A stretch of 64,000 nucleotides of DNA from Veleropilina oligotropha (taxonomy: Eukaryota): contig JBEUKZ010000019.1 of the NCBI GenBank assembly GCA_048128005.1, forward strand, positions 496,001-560,000. The letters are read 5' to 3'. The notes beneath the pieces were generated by a model, which worked only from the letters and a program-made list of their open reading frames with translations, ran no database searches and was not told the origin of the DNA. The translations under genes and the position numbers were made by a program. Positions 53,975 through 62,713 of this stretch are shown in pieces (position 1 is the first letter of the stretch; each line of letters opens with the position of its first letter).

Positions 53975-56218
53975 ATGGTCCGGTGCAGTAGCTCCGGGTG
54001 TAACCAGAAAATTCACGCATTTGATAGGCACAAGGAATGTTGTAAACACCGTAGCTGTAGTATACATCATCAATGTGATCTGTGCTTTCTTCTATCAGAT
54101 AAGCAGTGGGCAACCCTGTCTCACCACGGTAAGTCGACCAGGGCGACTGCCACGGTGGGTCCTCCCGTGGAGAAGGGTCATGAAGAGACCGGTAAGTTAC
54201 CTAACGTTTCTTCTTTGTCTGCTTCAGGGACGCTGGACGACAGCCGACAGACGTCTGTCGCCGGATCCACCGGCGAAACCTCCGCGACTCTTGGGAGAGT
54301 CACCGAAACCTTGCCGGTACCCCAGATTCAGGTAAAGACCCGAGTGTCGACCGTTCCTCCACAACTGGGCCTAGTAACTGCAGTCAGCCATACCTTGCCG
54401 GCTAGCAAGGTATACATGACAGCGCAGCGAACAGCTGAACAGGGCAGACTATCCCCATCCTTTTCTTCGGCCTCGAAGAATAAGGGGACAGTTAGTCCTT
54501 CTGCGGGAAACTCACCGTCTTCCTACGGTGACAGACCCAATGCAGAGAAAGCCTTTAAAGAGGCCGGGCACCTACTTGTAGGTCTAAGACTCGGACAATC
54601 GGCGAAACCTGAATCCTCGGTCGAGAACGATGCGACTTCCCCTAGGGGTTTTCCGCTCAACCTCGAAGCTCACGAGACATTCAGAGGGCCCGGTCTCTCC
54701 CGTGCACCCACCGTGGTCACGCTAGAGAACGTGGACAGACCGGCTGCGTTCGGGACGGGGTTCTACGGCGGTTTTCCGTCCGTGCCTCGCTCGAACAGAG
54801 TGGTAGACCGATCAGAACTGTTGCCGCAGTCCTATCGGTCGTCCGGCCCACTGACTGCGCCTCCGGGCCAGTCCTTCGGGTTCGACCCCTCGACAAGTGC
54901 CCGTGGACCCTGGTCCTCGGTTCGACCTGTCAATGCAGCCCGTCTACCTAGCGCCACGGTTACCTCGACAGAACTACCGGCTGTTAGTTCGTCGCCCGTC
55001 CTGCCTCCGGGTTTCTCTTTTGAGAACGTCCAGGCATGGATCGCGGCGGGGATCGAGGAACGGTGTAAGGCCTGGCCGACGGCTCCCGAGCCGCACCTGG
55101 TACCTACACTTCTGCCCATGGCGCAGAGCACGGCTCCTGCCTCAGTGATAGACATCGACCCTCGTTCCGACGAGGATCTCTGTTCAAATCACTCCGACCT
55201 CCCTGAATCGGTCGGGTCCGAAGACATTAGTCTTACAGGCACGCAGGAGCCGACCTCCTCCACCCGCCGAAGGCTCGACGCTGTTGCGTCACTTCGCGGG
55301 GTGCTTGGCTTGTCGGAACCGACTCGGTCGGCTGTAGACGTAGCCAAGCATAGGACGGCAGCACATCGGTTTGTTGCGAGGGAAGCCCCCGAGCTCCCCT
55401 CCTTACCTCAGTCCGGGCTGGTGGATCTTGTTGTAGACTCGATCACCAAGCTCGTTCAGGGGCGCAATCCGGTGGAGTCCTCCCCGCTGAACGAGTTCCC
55501 TTCGGGGTTCCGTAGTGGGAGGTACCTCCGGGCCAGTACTCGAGCGATCCCGTTCGAATGCACTGGCCCGTGCCTGGCGACTGAGCCGGCTCGTGTTGAC
55601 GCTTCGTTGCGTCGACTGACCGCCAGTCACCCTCCCTCCGTAGCGAAAGTTCCTTGGTCCGCCTTGGAAGCTTTCGAGAGCTCCGCCCGACGGGCTCTGC
55701 GGCTATCGTCCGTTCAGGATTTTTTCCTAGACGGTGCGATAGCCGTATTACAGGAGAATGGACCCGGCGCCACCGAGGCTGCCCTGTCCTTCCTCCAGGA
55801 GGTTGCTGCCACGCAGGAGACCAGCGCGTTGGAGACGGGACGTGTCCTGGGCAATGCCCTCCTACTTCGTAGGGATGCTTGCCTGGAAGGTACCTCGCTG
55901 GACGAGCCCACCCGGCGCTCGTTGCGATGCGTACCTTGCTCGGCCACCACTCTCTTTGGTGACAACTTCACGGAGTTTGTTGACAAGAGAGCGGCGGACA
56001 TTAAGGACCGTGCCATCGAGAAGGCAGTACTGCTCCCCACCCGGGGTCCACCTGCCAACTCGAAGAAGCGCTCCGGGCCCACCCCGGCCCCGAAGCCTTC
56101 TAAGCGTGCGAAGCCCTCTTCGGGTGGTAGGCCTCCGGCCAATAAACCCACTCCAAAGAGGCGAGCACCTCCAGCAAAATCCCGCAAGCAGAGCGGGATA
56201 GGGAAGCCTCGGCCCTAG
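53975..56218 (+). CDS. DIRS-B gag-like ORF1 (747 aa from ATG 53975)
   Basis: The MVRCS start aligns with the DIRS-A ORF1. Cys/His N-terminus. Confidence 0.88.
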   Translation: MVRCSSSGCNQKIHAFDRHKECCKHRSCSIHHQCDLCFLLSDKQWATLSHHGKSTRATATVGPPVEKGHEETGKLPNVSSLSASGTLDDSRQTSVAGSTGETSATLGRVTETLPVPQIQVKTRVSTVPPQLGLVTAVSHTLPASKVYMTAQRTAEQGRLSPSFSSASKNKGTVSPSAGNSPSSYGDRPNAEKAFKEAGHLLVGLRLGQSAKPESSVENDATSPRGFPLNLEAHETFRGPGLSRAPTVVTLENVDRPAAFGTGFYGGFPSVPRSNRVVDRSELLPQSYRSSGPLTAPPGQSFGFDPSTSARGPWSSVRPVNAARLPSATVTSTELPAVSSSPVLPPGFSFENVQAWIAAGIEERCKAWPTAPEPHLVPTLLPMAQSTAPASVIDIDPRSDEDLCSNHSDLPESVGSEDISLTGTQEPTSSTRRRLDAVASLRGVLGLSEPTRSAVDVAKHRTAAHRFVAREAPELPSLPQSGLVDLVVDSITKLVQGRNPVESSPLNEFPSGFRSGRYLRASTRAIPFECTGPCLATEPARVDASLRRLTASHPPSVAKVPWSALEAFESSARRALRLSSVQDFFLDGAIAVLQENGPGATEAALSFLQEVAATQETSALETGRVLGNALLLRRDACLEGTSLDEPTRRSLRCVPCSATTLFGDNFTEFVDKRAADIKDRAIEKAVLLPTRGPPANSKKRSGPTPAPKPSKRAKPSSGGRPPANKPTPKRRAPPAKSRKQSGIGKPRP

Positions 56219-58292
56219 GGCTGCCGGCATTCGCGACGGCCCCAGTTGCCCGCTCCCGCCGGTGGGAGCGTGCCTGTTAGCACACAGCCAGCCCTGGCTA
56301 GAGCTGACAGACAGCAACTGGGTCCACTTAGTCGTGAGTGCCGGATACAAGTTGGCATTCAACCGGCATCCGACCCTAACCGAGGCACCACCAACAAGAC
56401 ACGCTCGCCTCCTAAACGGAGAGAAACAAGCGGTCTTAGACCAGGCAGTGCGGGATTTGCTCCTAAAAAGAGCGATATATCCCGCGCCGCCCAGCACACC
56501 AGGATTTTACAGCCATTTCTTCCTGGTCCCGAAACCCGATGGCCGCTGGAGACCGATCCTCGATCTCTCGTACCTAAACCTATATCTTCGTACCGAGAAA
56601 TTCCAGCAAGAAACCCTCTCGAAGATTCGAGCGGCCATCCGTCCGGGCGACTGGGCAGCGTCTATCGATCTCGCCGACGCGTATCTGCATGTCCCGATGC
56701 ATATCACGGCTCATCAGTACCTTCGGTTTATACACGGGGAGACGATCTACCAATTCAGGTGCCTACCGTTCGGTCTATCGTCAGCCCCGTACGTCTTCAC
56801 GAGAACAGTACAGGCCCTGGGGGCCTTCCTACACTCTCTAGGGCACAGGGTACATATGTACCTCGACGACTGGCTGATCCTCGGGGCGTCCCGAGATCTG
56901 TGCCTCCGGTCTACGAGCTTTACCCTGTCATCGACGAAGCGCCTGGGATTTCAGATCAACGAGACAAAATCCTGCTTCGTGCCCTCGACGACGTTTACGT
57001 TCCTCGGAGTCGACTTCGATACGGTCCGGTACACCGCGAAGCCGACCCAGAAGCGTATGCGGAACCTACGCGCGGTTATCCAAGACACCCTGTCATCGGA
57101 CATAACTACGGCGCGACAACTGGCCACTGTCCTGGGGCACATCGAGTCGGTAGCGCCCCTGCTACCGACGGGTCGCATGGACAAAAGACCGTTACAACAG
57201 GCTTTCAGGGATCGCTGGATACAACGGACGGGGCAGTGGAAGGATCGCATCGATCTACGGCATTGGTTTACCGACACGACAGCAGTGTGGTTGAACCCCG
57301 CTTTGCCGGACCAGTCGGTTCCTATATCCCCACCAGAGCCGAACGCTTACCTGTTCACAGACGCTTCGAACGACGGCTGGGGTGGTCACCTCGACAGTTA
57401 CGAGACATCAGGCCTATGGCCGACAGACCTTCAGGGACGACATATCAACTTCCTAGAGTTAGAAGCCGTCTTCCTGTCAGTACGGTCCCTCTCGTCACAT
57501 CTCCGCAACAAGCATATAATGCTCGCCACGGACAACACGACTGTCGTCGCTTACATACAGCACCAGGGCGGTACACGCTCGCGTCCCCTATGCGACCGAG
57601 CAATAGACCTACACCGCTTAGTGATGTCCCTCAACTCGACGATTCGAGCCCGACACATCCCGGGAAAGCTGAATGTCAGAGCGGATTCGCTCTCTCGGAG
57701 ATCACAGATAATACACACAGAGTGGACGCTACACAGCCGAGTAGCTCGGGATGTTTGCCGCCGGTGGTCGCAACCCCAAGTCGACTTGTTTGCAACAGAA
57801 TTCAATTACCGACTACCTCTGTATGTCTCCCCGTACCCAGACCCGGCCGCCCTGGCGGTCGACGCAATGTCAATGACATGGGAGAATCTGTCCGCGTATG
57901 CCTTCCCCCCGACGTGCATTCTATCACTGGTATTACAGAAGGCAGCGACCGAACGTTGCGAGATAACGCTAATAGCGCCCCTTTATCGCACGCAACCTTG
58001 GTTTCCGACCCTCCTCGATCTGATCGTCGATCGACCGTTAGCGTTACCGCAGAAACTAGACCTGTTAATGCAACCACGCACCCGTGTACTCCACGAGTCG
58101 CCGAACCACTTACGTTTACACGCCTGGCGGTTATCGAACGATCCCTTGCTAAGAAAGGATTTTCTAAAGCAACAGCCTTACGTATCTATCGATCGAGAAG
58201 GATTTCCACTACAAAAGTCTATGACTACCGATGGGTTAAGTACGTGGATTGGTGTCACAGCAGGCAGATCAATATACTCCGTCCCCCTGTGA
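56202..58292 (+). CDS. DIRS-B RT / RNase H / DNA-methyltransferase-like ORF (+1 frame relative to gag; no 5' ATG)
   Basis: PVGACL, IDLADAY, LPFGLSSAP, YLDD, TDAS, LELEA, TDN, DLFAT..YAFPP. The frame opens after TAG 56199-56201. Confidence 0.93.
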   Translation, partial: GSLGPRAAGIRDGPSCPLPPVGACLLAHSQPWLELTDSNWVHLVVSAGYKLAFNRHPTLTEAPPTRHARLLNGEKQAVLDQAVRDLLLKRAIYPAPPSTPGFYSHFFLVPKPDGRWRPILDLSYLNLYLRTEKFQQETLSKIRAAIRPGDWAASIDLADAYLHVPMHITAHQYLRFIHGETIYQFRCLPFGLSSAPYVFTRTVQALGAFLHSLGHRVHMYLDDWLILGASRDLCLRSTSFTLSSTKRLGFQINETKSCFVPSTTFTFLGVDFDTVRYTAKPTQKRMRNLRAVIQDTLSSDITTARQLATVLGHIESVAPLLPTGRMDKRPLQQAFRDRWIQRTGQWKDRIDLRHWFTDTTAVWLNPALPDQSVPISPPEPNAYLFTDASNDGWGGHLDSYETSGLWPTDLQGRHINFLELEAVFLSVRSLSSHLRNKHIMLATDNTTVVAYIQHQGGTRSRPLCDRAIDLHRLVMSLNSTIRARHIPGKLNVRADSLSRRSQIIHTEWTLHSRVARDVCRRWSQPQVDLFATEFNYRLPLYVSPYPDPAALAVDAMSMTWENLSAYAFPPTCILSLVLQKAATERCEITLIAPLYRTQPWFPTLLDLIVDRPLALPQKLDLLMQPRTRVLHESPNHLRLHAWRLSNDPLLRKDFLKQQPYVSIDREGFPLQKSMTTDGLSTWIGVTAGRSIYSVPL

Positions 58293-59203
58293 ACAAGTTT
58301 ATCGAGTTTTTATCGTCGCTCTTCGACCGCGGTATGTCAGTGTCCGCCGTCAAAGGTTATCGGGCAACGATCGCGACCACGCTAAAGCAGTGTCGTGCCC
58401 ATGCTGGCCTATCAAGCGACCGAACGATATCAGATTTTATACGATCTTATGAACTCGAGATACCGACCCGAAGAATTAAGCCACCTGCCTGGAACATCGT
58501 ACTTATTCTTAACGCATTACTCTTACCCCCGTATGAGCCGATGTCCGAGATAACCATGAGGAACTTGACGCACAAAACAGTTTTTCTGATCGCCTTAGCG
58601 TCGGGCAGGCGTTGTTCCGAGATTCATGCTTTCTCCTCCGAGCTAAGAGACATACGATTCCAGTCAGACGGGTCGGTGATATTGCGTCCCATTCTGGGCT
58701 TCTTAGCCAAGAACCAGCGGCCGAACGAGGACGCACCCGAGGTTGTTATTCCCAAGCTAACGCTAGTCGGAAGGCGCGACGCAGACCGCTTCAATTGCCC
58801 GGTCCGGGCGCTTCGATTCTACCTAGACAGAACCCGTGAGTTGCGACAGGGAAAATTACGTTTATTCATTTCGTATTTGCCCACCTACACCCGCGACATT
58901 ACGAGGACTACTGTTTCGCGGTGGATTTCACAAACTGTGAGAGATGTTTACATCCGTTGTGATGACGACGACCGAACTATTTTATCGGTCCGCGCACATG
59001 AGGTCCGGGCCATTGCAGCGTCTGTAGCCTTCCGCCATAATCTAAATATCAATGCGTTACTACAGGCCGGATATTGGAAAAACGCTAACGTGTTTGTCAA
59101 ACATTATCTGCGCGACTACTCAACCGGGGCTGATGGCCTAAGCAGTTTGCACTGTGTTGCTGCTCAACGGGTTATTGTTAGACCGAGGTCTTCTAATCAG
59201 TAA
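56219..59203 (+). CDS. DIRS-B tyrosine recombinase ORF with long N-terminal overlap; in frame with gag
   Basis: SGRRCSEI, AHEVRA, AGYW and KHY catalytic motifs. Open from the codon after the gag TAG. Confidence 0.92.
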   Translation, partial: GCRHSRRPQLPAPAGGSVPVSTQPALARADRQQLGPLSRECRIQVGIQPASDPNRGTTNKTRSPPKRRETSGLRPGSAGFAPKKSDISRAAQHTRILQPFLPGPETRWPLETDPRSLVPKPISSYREIPARNPLEDSSGHPSGRLGSVYRSRRRVSACPDAYHGSSVPSVYTRGDDLPIQVPTVRSIVSPVRLHENSTGPGGLPTLSRAQGTYVPRRLADPRGVPRSVPPVYELYPVIDEAPGISDQRDKILLRALDDVYVPRSRLRYGPVHREADPEAYAEPTRGYPRHPVIGHNYGATTGHCPGAHRVGSAPATDGSHGQKTVTTGFQGSLDTTDGAVEGSHRSTALVYRHDSSVVEPRFAGPVGSYIPTRAERLPVHRRFERRLGWSPRQLRDIRPMADRPSGTTYQLPRVRSRLPVSTVPLVTSPQQAYNARHGQHDCRRLHTAPGRYTLASPMRPSNRPTPLSDVPQLDDSSPTHPGKAECQSGFALSEITDNTHRVDATQPSSSGCLPPVVATPSRLVCNRIQLPTTSVCLPVPRPGRPGGRRNVNDMGESVRVCLPPDVHSITGITEGSDRTLRDNANSAPLSHATLVSDPPRSDRRSTVSVTAETRPVNATTHPCTPRVAEPLTFTRLAVIERSLAKKGFSKATALRIYRSRRISTTKVYDYRWVKYVDWCHSRQINILRPPVNKFIEFLSSLFDRGMSVSAVKGYRATIATTLKQCRAHAGLSSDRTISDFIRSYELEIPTRRIKPPAWNIVLILNALLLPPYEPMSEITMRNLTHKTVFLIALASGRRCSEIHAFSSELRDIRFQSDGSVILRPILGFLAKNQRPNEDAPEVVIPKLTLVGRRDADRFNCPVRALRFYLDRTRELRQGKLRLFISYLPTYTRDITRTTVSRWISQTVRDVYIRCDDDDRTILSVRAHEVRAIAASVAFRHNLNINALLQAGYWKNANVFVKHYLRDYSTGADGLSSLHCVAAQRVIVRPRSSNQ

Positions 59204-59569
59204 GTAGCCTATTGTTCTCTGATTGATCATTTGCATATTTACTGACGCCATTTTATTTTCGTTGGCCAAACGGTGCTATGTAATTAACACCTATGGGGCA
59301 GTTCAATGTCTGTTCATTTCTTAAATCTAATTTAAGATTTTGTACTTCTCATGTCAGACTGAGTGTTGACATAAGCCAGATCACATTGAATTTAATAAAA
59401 CAACTTTGATAATTTTGCACAAATCTTAAAAAGATTAGGGTTCAATATTATTATGTTCTTTGCTGTAATCGAACATACGATGTTCAATACATTTAAAATG
59501 TTGATTCCTTAACATTTATTTTTAAGTAACATGTCGAACATTTTTGCTTCCTTAAAATTTATTTTAAGT

Positions 59570-60000
59570 GACATGTCGTCCATGTTAGCGTTCGCAAGTT
59601 GGTCATGCGAACTACTTATTAATATCGATTATTATATAATCTATTAATTCTTTGCTTTTGATTTTAAAGCTTTCACAACCTGTTAGGTTCCGTGTGCTTA
59701 CAAATCCGACTGCATCCTCTGGCTACCGGCCTATAGGCCCGGAGTCCCATTTGGCTGCCACTGGTCCATGACACGTAAGGCCTACAGGGATTTATCCTTC
59801 CGGCCGTGCCAGGGGCTGATTGCACTTCCGTTCACCTCGTCCGACTAACACCACGGCGTATCCTCCCGGTAACACTGGTCGAAATTCTCGCCTGGTAAGA
59901 GTAGAATATAATACTCAGTAAAAATTCCACTCTAGGCGGACACACTCGACGCTTCATGCTGATCGAATTGGTGAAAAGTAAGTCATTATCTTGTTTGGGT
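59570..60000 (+). ncRNA. Putative conserved structured RNA in the DIRS-B 3' untranslated region
   Basis: Conserved with DIRS-A 688-1131; several stems show compensatory changes. Confidence 0.55.
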
Positions 60001-60041
60001 TTGTTGTAAGGAACGTCTTACCCACCTATCCAAGGTTATTC

Positions 60042-60132
60042 TGGCAAGAGTAAGGACGTAAGTATGTTTGTAACTATATATGAGGTTTTAATGTAAACCT
60101 AATATTAGTATAAAACATACTTACGTCCTTAC
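60042..60132 (+). other. Internal complementary region (ICR) of DIRS-B
   Basis: The first half is complementary to 52961-53000 and the second half to 60379-60431. Confidence 0.95.
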
Positions 60133-61452
60133 ACGATTACCCACCCTGCGTTTCGCATTCCTCCCCTCTACTACGTTCCTTTGTGGTTTTTGAACTTTGA
60201 ATTGATGTCATGTGACTTCTATTGTTCAGAAGTCTCACGAGACTTGGCGAAGTCTCGCTAGGGAACGTGGGGGGTAGGAGCAGGGGAGGTAACCGTGTGC
60301 TTTTTTGGCTTATAACGGTGCATTATGGGACATATTCACCATTTCCGGTTTGGGCGATAATATACTATTATGGCAAGAGTAAGGACGTAAGTATGTTTTA
60401 TACTAATATTAGGTTTACATTAAAACCTCATTGTTATCACACACAGCTAATTGTATAGTTATTATTATAGCCTATATAATATATGCATGATATTGATCAT
60501 TACTTTATGACCAGTAAATTTTAAATTTGGCAAATGTTTTAAATTCCTGGTGGTCCAGTGATTTTAAATTTGTATTTCTAGCCCTGACATTATTTATAAC
60601 ACAATAATGGAATTGCTTTTAGAATTTGATCTATATTTAAATTTATGTATATTTACTGCAACATTTTTCATGTTACACATTTTCTATGTTACCTCAAGTG
60701 AAAACTCACAATCAGTGGTGACACTTCAAATGGATCAATTATAAAATTGAGATAAAAATTAATAAATTAAATGTGAAATTAAAATTTTATTTGAAGCTTC
60801 TTTAACCCATTTTGAAAAAAATAAATAATTGTTAATAACGAAATTTATTACCAACAATATTAGCAATATTACTGACAATATACAATATTGTAATATATAT
60901 ATATAAAGTATTATTAATGAATGGAAAAGGTTTCGCATAAAAAATGGTTACCCAAATAAAATGGGTTACGCAACAATTATTTGGCGTAACCCATAAAATG
61001 GGTTACGCATAAATTCAATCTGTGCAGGCCTGGGTAGTTCAATGTCGTTATCGTGTATTTCCAATTTGGTCATTTTGGTGTTTTCCGTTCTTGACTTTAA
61101 GATTCCATTCTGTCACATCTTCGATGAACCGCTAGACCTACACCTTTCATATTTGTTATGCACCTAGTGTACCATCAGGCGTTGCCCAAGTTCAAAGATG
61201 GGGTCACTGACTGGGTCAAAGGTCAAGGTCAATGAACTATTGTAAAATATACTTTCTGACAATTACTATGAAATGTATTATAGATTTATTGCTTATTTCA
61301 TCTCTAAGGATGTATTATTTACAAAAAACGGGCCAGTATGAGGAGCATACCTCTAGTAATATATATAATACATTAAGATGAAAACAATCAATCAATCATG
61401 CACTTTAGAAAACAAAATAGCATCAATTGACATTCATATTTCTTTCATTTAG

Positions 61453-61547
61453 ATTTCTGCAGAAAATGCCATCCAAGCGGTTTTAAACGTGGTTCGTGAC
61501 ATGCCCAGTGTTGATAACCTGGATGTGGTCGGGGAACACGTATTCAG
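61453..61547 (+). CDS. FAM120A: FAM120A-like exon 3 (ISAENAIQAVLNVVRDMPSVDNLDVVGEHVF)
   Basis: catttag|...|gtactg with a phase-0 start. Resembles the FAM120A segment I.AV..YVR....DLD.....VF. Confidence 0.8.
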
Positions 61548-62713
61548 GTACTGATTGCGATAACTTGACATTAAGCTGTATTAAGATTATATCGTTTATA
61601 AGTCATCAAATGGATTCAATATTGATACAGAGTTCATCATGATGTGAATGTTGTTTATCGATCTGTTGGAAAACAAGCACTTCCATGTTTATTGTATAGA
61701 TTTAGGAAAGAGCAGCTTTTGTGCTATTATCCCTGTAGTAAATAAAAATTCTTAAACTCCCTTTGCAACTGATGTTTACATTTACAAACAATTCTTATTT
61801 CATTTTTGTCAAACAAACAATTTTTTGAAAATATCCATTGTACAGCTACTACAGTGGAACCTGCTTATTTGCATAGCGAGATTGTCACGATTATTTATGC
61901 GATTATCCGAATATACTAAATGTATTTTTCCTTCCATAAAATGATAAATACGGATTGTATGTATACACAATATTTTGTGGTTATTCTGACCTGAAGATGA
62001 TTAGCCTGTTTCAGTAGAATTGATATAGGTTTCGAAAGCGTATCGTCGCATTTCATACATTACTATGATGTGGAAATTCATTTTCAGAATGTTTCTCTTC
62101 TGCTGAACACGTGTCGCATTATTGGCCGCCATGTTGAAAAATTAACCTAATAGTATGTTTTAATCTCTAATCGATTTTTGTTTACAGGTATTGAATAATT
62201 ATTTCTGGCGAGATTTAATTATTACAGTATATTATGATTTGATATAAAAAACAGTATAAGATGTTGTCTTCATATAAAATTAAAATAATAATTAAATCAC
62301 CATAGTTCGCAAGCGGCAACGACGATGCTACGTATTCTCAAATACTAGATCAGGGGAGATGATACTTCTCATTTTGTAGGATCAGTCATGTCAATTGTTA
62401 CAAATGTTGTTGTTGTCTTATAATTATGTAATTTATCGGCGAACTAATTGCTGTTCGTGTGAATAGATGTAACGACACCGTTTACTTTGATTCATAAGCC
62501 TAATCTTCGATTTTGCGTTCAGATATTAACTCAATAGTCTGTCATTTGGATTCGGGACAAGAGATTTTAAATCCCCTTTAATCCTTTTATTGTGTCACGG
62601 TGTGTGACTTCGCAACTTAAAAAATCAGACAAAGGCGATTGTTTATAGACCTAATTTAGCAAAACACAAATATCCCTTTTGATGCCGACACAACGCCAGG
62701 CCTTCTTCACTTT

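Larger units (their letters stand above)
52961..60431 (+). mobile_element. DIRS1-type retrotransposon, full length and apparently intact (DIRS-B), in FAM120A intron 2
   Basis: ITRs at 52961-53178 and 60193-60431 with an identical-looking core, ICR at 60042-60132, and three uninterrupted ORFs. Confidence 0.97.
52840..60586. mobile_element. ~275-bp MITE (TIR CAGGGCTMGAAATA, 5-bp TSD ACATT) split by DIRS-B
   Basis: 13/14-bp TIR match at 52840-52853 and 60573-60586. ACATT on both sides. TGGTGGTCCAGTG in both halves. Confidence 0.8.

Noticed and set aside
57770..58130. DNA adenine methyltransferase-like domain as novel cargo
   Set aside because: It is a known standard C-terminal domain of DIRS1-group pol proteins.
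59843..59852. GACTAACACC as a telomerase-like template
   Set aside because: The match to CTAACCCTAA is too short and no repeat product is seen; kept only as part of the conserved RNA.
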